DNA from: Octopus vulgaris | Lineage: Eukaryota | Direction: 5' to 3' | Assembly (NCBI GenBank): GCA_951406725.2 | Contig: OX597831.1 | Coordinates: 4,898,001-4,962,000, forward strand | Length of the DNA stretch: 64,000 bases | In this document: piece by piece, positions 58,545 through 64,000 of the stretch | Layout of the letters: each line of letters opens with the position of its first letter | Numbering within the stretch: position 1 is the stretch's first letter | Notes under the pieces: generated by a model | Told to the model about the DNA's origin: nothing | The model's database searches: none | What the model saw: only the letters and a program-made list of their open reading frames with translations | Program-made: the position numbers and the translations under genes

Positions 58545-58735
58545 ATGCTGGTGTCTGTGTTTGTCCCCCACCATCGCTTGACACCGATGTTTGTGCGTTT
58601 ACGTCGCGTAACCTAGCGGTTCGGCAAAAGAATAAGCAATAGGCTTACAAAGAATAAGTCTTGCGATCGATTTGTTCCACTAAAGGCGGTGCTCCATCAT
58701 GGTCGCAATCAAATGACTGAAACAGAACAAAGAAC

Positions 58736-58857
<122 letters not shown>

Positions 58858-58913
58858 GCATTTGTATGTACGTCCATATATAGTATCTATGTATATATAT
58901 ATATATGTATGTA

Positions 58914-58944
<31 letters not shown>

Positions 58945-59323
58945 GTAATCCATATATTTAAATGCTTGCTCAACAGATATACACATGTGATATCTCACAC
59001 GTTTATATTTGTATAACGCAGACAAAAATATTCAAATACACTCATGCAAAAACGCATGAAGTTATTATATACGATATAAAAACTGTTATAGCAAATTATA
59101 CGTATAAGGGGACACACACATTATATATGTGTGAGTGTATATATATAATTATACATATATGTATATGTCTATATATATATGTGTATGTGTGTTTGTATAT
59201 ATGTATGTATATATGTGTATGGATATATTTATATAAATATATATACATTAATGTGTGTATAAATATATATGTGAATGCATATATACATATATATATATAT
59301 ATATATGTGTGTGTGTTAGAATG

Positions 59324-59388
<65 letters not shown>

Positions 59389-59462
59389 TCATGTATGTAT
59401 ATATGTATTTATGTAAATAAGTATGTACATATATACGTGTATATATATATGTATTTACATAC

Positions 59463-59514
<52 letters not shown>

Positions 59515-59664
59515 ATGCATACACATACATTATATATGTATATATACATATAATTCTATATATATGAATGTATGTATGTATGTATTGTACACGCGTGTGT
59601 GTATGTAAGTATATACAGATATATAAGTACATAAATGTCTGCTTAAATTGAAGTGTATATACAT

Positions 59665-60135
59665 GGTTAGAAGCTTGCTTCCCAACTACATGGTTCGCGG
59701 TTCGGTCCCACTGAGTGACACTTTGGAAAAGTATCTTCTACTATAACCCCGGGCTGACCAAAGCCTTGTAAGTGTATTTGGTAGACAGAAACTATATACA
59801 CGATATATGTATGTATATGTACGTATGTATGTATGTATGTATGTATGTATGTATGTATGTATGTATGTATGTATATATGTATGTATGTATGTATGTATGC
59901 ATGTATGTATGTATATATACACGATGTATGTACTTGTGTGTCTGTACTTGTTCCACCGCCATCGCTTGACAACTGATGTTGTTGTGTATGCATCCCCGTA
60001 ACATAGCGGTTCGGCAAAAGCGACAGATAGAATAAATACTAGGCTTAGAAAGAATAAGTCCTGGGGTCGATTTGCTCGACTAAAGGTGGTGCTCCAGCAT
60101 GGCCGGTGTCAAATGACTGAAACGAGAAAAGAATT
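59665..60135 (+). mobile_element. SINE family A (partial copies also at about 56757-56908 (-), 57820-57970 (+) and 58550-58725 (+))
   Basis: Matches the family A consensus. Confidence 0.8.
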
Positions 60136-60181
60136 TGTTGTGTATATAAATATTCTCTCTCTCTCTTTATATATATGTATG

Positions 60182-60245
<64 letters not shown>

Positions 60246-60564
60246 ATATATGTATATATATACATATGTTCATATATTACTGTATTCAACATGCCTATAT
60301 ACACATATATGTATGCATTATTTAACTGTACACATAAATGTGTGTGGGTGTGCGTTAACATATCTACTATTCCTATAAATATATGTGCAAACACAAACAC
60401 GGGAAGCATCCAGTAGGTATATTTGTCCAGAATTCTTGCTGAACTGTATAATACATAAATACACACACAAATTATACAGACACATACTCATGCATATATA
60501 TATATACACACACACACACACATATTATATATGTGTGTGTTTGTGAGTAGATATATATATAAAT

Positions 60565-60613
<49 letters not shown>

Positions 60614-60770
60614 ACATATGTGTATGTACATGAATATATGTATATATATACCTATCTATATATATAATACCTATTAAATACATACATATACACATACATA
60701 TATATATATATATATATCTACATGTTTAAAGACATATTTTCACGTGGGCTTACTAACACACACACACACA

Positions 60771-60829
<59 letters not shown>

Positions 60830-61250
60830 AGTATTTATATATATATATATATATATTTAGTTACATGTGTTTATATATATAAGCATGTTAATACAGATTT
60901 TTTTGTACATTTATATATACACAAAAACACACACATACTCATACACACACATATAAATATGCATATATGCATATATATGTATGTATAAATATACACACAG
61001 ATACACACATATACACAAGTTCCCCCTCTCTTTCTCTCTCTCTCTTTGAGAACGTAACTTGAGTATAAATCACAGAATGTTGGACAGAGGAGTGTGGAAA
61101 ATCATCCGACTAGATTCGACTTAAGACTCTTTGGGGACCGCTTACCGCACAAGCAAATACTTAGAAGCATACATATATACATAACGCACATAATGGCCGT
61201 GCATATACGTCAGTTTCTGTGTGTGAATGTGAGTGTGTGTGTGTGAGTGA

Positions 61251-61305
<55 letters not shown>

Positions 61306-61455
61306 TGGCGTGTGTGTGTAAAGTATTACATACACACACACACATATATATATATGCACATTATTACATAATCACTTATAGATATGCATCTATACATATA
61401 CATAACCGTCTGTGTGTTGGTGTATGTATATATGCATATATACATGTGTGTGAAT

Positions 61456-61497
<42 letters not shown>

Positions 61498-61504
61498 AGG
61501 GGTC

Positions 61505-61535
<31 letters not shown>

Positions 61536-61538
61536 AAG

Positions 61539-61575
<37 letters not shown>

Positions 61576-61627
61576 TATATGTATTATATGTATATATATA
61601 TATTTATTATATTATATATTATTATAT

Positions 61628-61801
<174 letters not shown>

Positions 61802-61952
61802 ATAAAATTGTATCTACGTAGGAGGTATATATAGACAGATGGAAATTGTCTGTAGGTGGATAGAAAAATTATGACCAAATCATTATTTAAATCTTGTCAA
61901 ATCTCTTACACGGGTTCGACCACAGCATACGATGATGATAATAATAATAACG

Positions 61953-62107
<155 letters not shown>

Positions 62108-62434
62108 TGTGTGGGAAGTGAATTATGGACACATGAAACAATAAATAACAACAGATACATGCAGCGAAATCATATCCATATGTTTGTATGTATATACATA
62201 CATATATACTTGTGTATGTGTCTGTCTGCGCGTGTTTTGATATACGCAGTTGTATATATGTATCTACGTATACATACAGATTTATGTATGTAGATATGTA
62301 ACTAAAATATATTCTAAAGTTGTGTAAGCATATATATATATATAGATATGTGTGTGTGTATGTGTTTGTATGTATATGTGTGTGTGAGTGTGTCTTTGTG
62401 TGAGTGTGTGTATGTGTGTGTGTGTGTGTGTGTC

Positions 62435-62748
62435 TGGCCGAACAAAGCCTTGTGAGTGGATTTGGTAGACGGAAACTGAAAGAAGCCCTTTCGTATATAT
62501 GTATATACATATGTGTGTGTGTGTGTGTGTATGTGTTTGTGTGCCTGTGTTTGTTCCCCCCAACATCGCTTGACAACCGATGCTGGTGTGTTTACGTCTC
62601 CGTAACCTAGCGGTTCGGCAAAAGAGACCGCCAGAATAAGTACTAGGCCTACAAAGAATAAGTCCTGGGGTCGATCTGCTCGACTAAAGGCGGTGCTCCA
62701 GCATGGACACAATCAAATGACTGAAACAAGTAAAAGAGTAAAAGAGTA
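62435..62748 (+). mobile_element. SINE family A, 5'-truncated
   Basis: Runs from ggccgaacaaagccttgtgagtgg to gtaaaagagtaaaagag. Confidence 0.85.
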
Positions 62749-62760
62749 TAACATACATAT

Positions 62761-62809
<49 letters not shown>

Positions 62810-63382
62810 TATATATATATATACATATATATGTATATCTATACATATATATATACGTATATATTTACACACAAGTACACACACACTCACGCACGCTCAC
62901 ATGAAGTTGTATGTTTGCAGAATTAATAGCAGATATCCTGGACATAGAAATAAACAAGAAAAGAATAAGATAAGAATGTGAGGAGGAGGAGGAGGAGAAG
63001 GGGGAGGAAAGACACGAATGAAGGAAAGAACGTAAAAAAAAGGAAAAAAAGAAAAGAAAAAAATTCTAACGTTCCAGCTGACATATTTTCCGCTAATGCC
63101 TTAATCTTCCGCTAGGTACGCTAGTGGCGATAATCACGTGGATATATATATTATTTATGTCTTTCTTAGGATTTAGAAAAACGATAAAAGAAATGTGGAA
63201 AATACTCAAATTTTAAATGAAATACTAAGAAAATATTTTGCGGCTTTTTCTTGTGTGTATCTGTGTTGCTCTGTATGTGTGCGTGTGTGTGCATATATGG
63301 ATCACTGTGTGTTTGTAGATGTATGTGTTTATGTTGTGTGTGTGTGTGTGTATGTGCGTATTTTTGTCTATATGTGAGATGC

Positions 63383-63778
63383 TTACTCTTTACTCTTTTA
63401 CTTGTTTCAGTCGTTTGACTGTAGCCATGCTGGAGCACCACTTTTAGTCGATCGAGCAAATCGACCCAAGGACTTATTCTTTGTAAGCCTAGTACTTATT
63501 CTATCGGTCTCCTTTGCCGAACCGCTAGGTTGCGGGGACGTAAACACACCAGCATCGGTTGCCAAGTGATGTTTGGAGGACAAACACAGACACACACAAA
63601 CACACACACACATACATATATATACATATATATGACAGGGTTCTTTTTCAGTTTCCGTCTACCAAATCCATTCACAAGGCTTTGATTATCCAGAGGTTAT
63701 AGTAGAAGAGACTTGCCCAAGATGCTACGCAGTGGGACTGAAGCCAGAACTACTTACCACACAGCTACTCCTACGCCT
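63383..63778 (-). mobile_element. SINE family A, near full length
   Basis: Reverse-complement match. It faces the 62435 copy in inverted orientation. Confidence 0.85.
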
Positions 63779-64000
63779 ATATATTATATTAGTTTATGAA
63801 TGTGAATTAGTGTGTATGTGTGTGTGTATGTGAATGTCAGTGTGTGTCTCCGTATGCGCACATATGCTTGTCTATATGTGTACCATAGTCCTTATATGTG
63901 TGTGGGTCTGTGTGCTGGTATGACTGTGTGTGTATGTACGGGAATGTGTCTGTAAGTACGTATGGGAGCTTATCTATGAGTATGACTGTGTGTGTAGATG

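Overview
Eukaryotic, AT-rich, microsatellite-saturated DNA. The SINE families and the (TA)n/(CA)n/(TAGA)n/(ATT)n density suggest an octopus-type cephalopod genome, which is an inference. Only one protein-coding segment is well supported: the first coding exon of an Nkx6-class homeobox gene (34112-34577, +). It is followed by an intron longer than 29 kb, and no homeobox exon was found in the window. The rest is at least four tRNA-derived SINE families, 3' fragments of two CR1-group LINEs, a degenerate Penelope-like GIY-YIG relic, several MITEs, a near-identical trimer of an (ATT)n-embedded element, long palindromes and simple repeats. Almost all ORF-track entries are microsatellite translations. 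The most notable observation is a TSD-flanked chimeric retrocopy (24805-25076) joining a SINE to the 3' 49 nt of an apparently mature tRNA-Ile, with encoded CCA, a GAT anticodon consistent with inosine-34, and truncation near position 26. Other highlights are a perfect 222-bp spacerless palindrome, a LINE-SINE shared 3' tail, a minimal hammerhead-like relic, and a roughly 17-kb SINE-depleted zone around the Nkx6 exon. Coordinates were read by eye and repeat boundaries are approximate.
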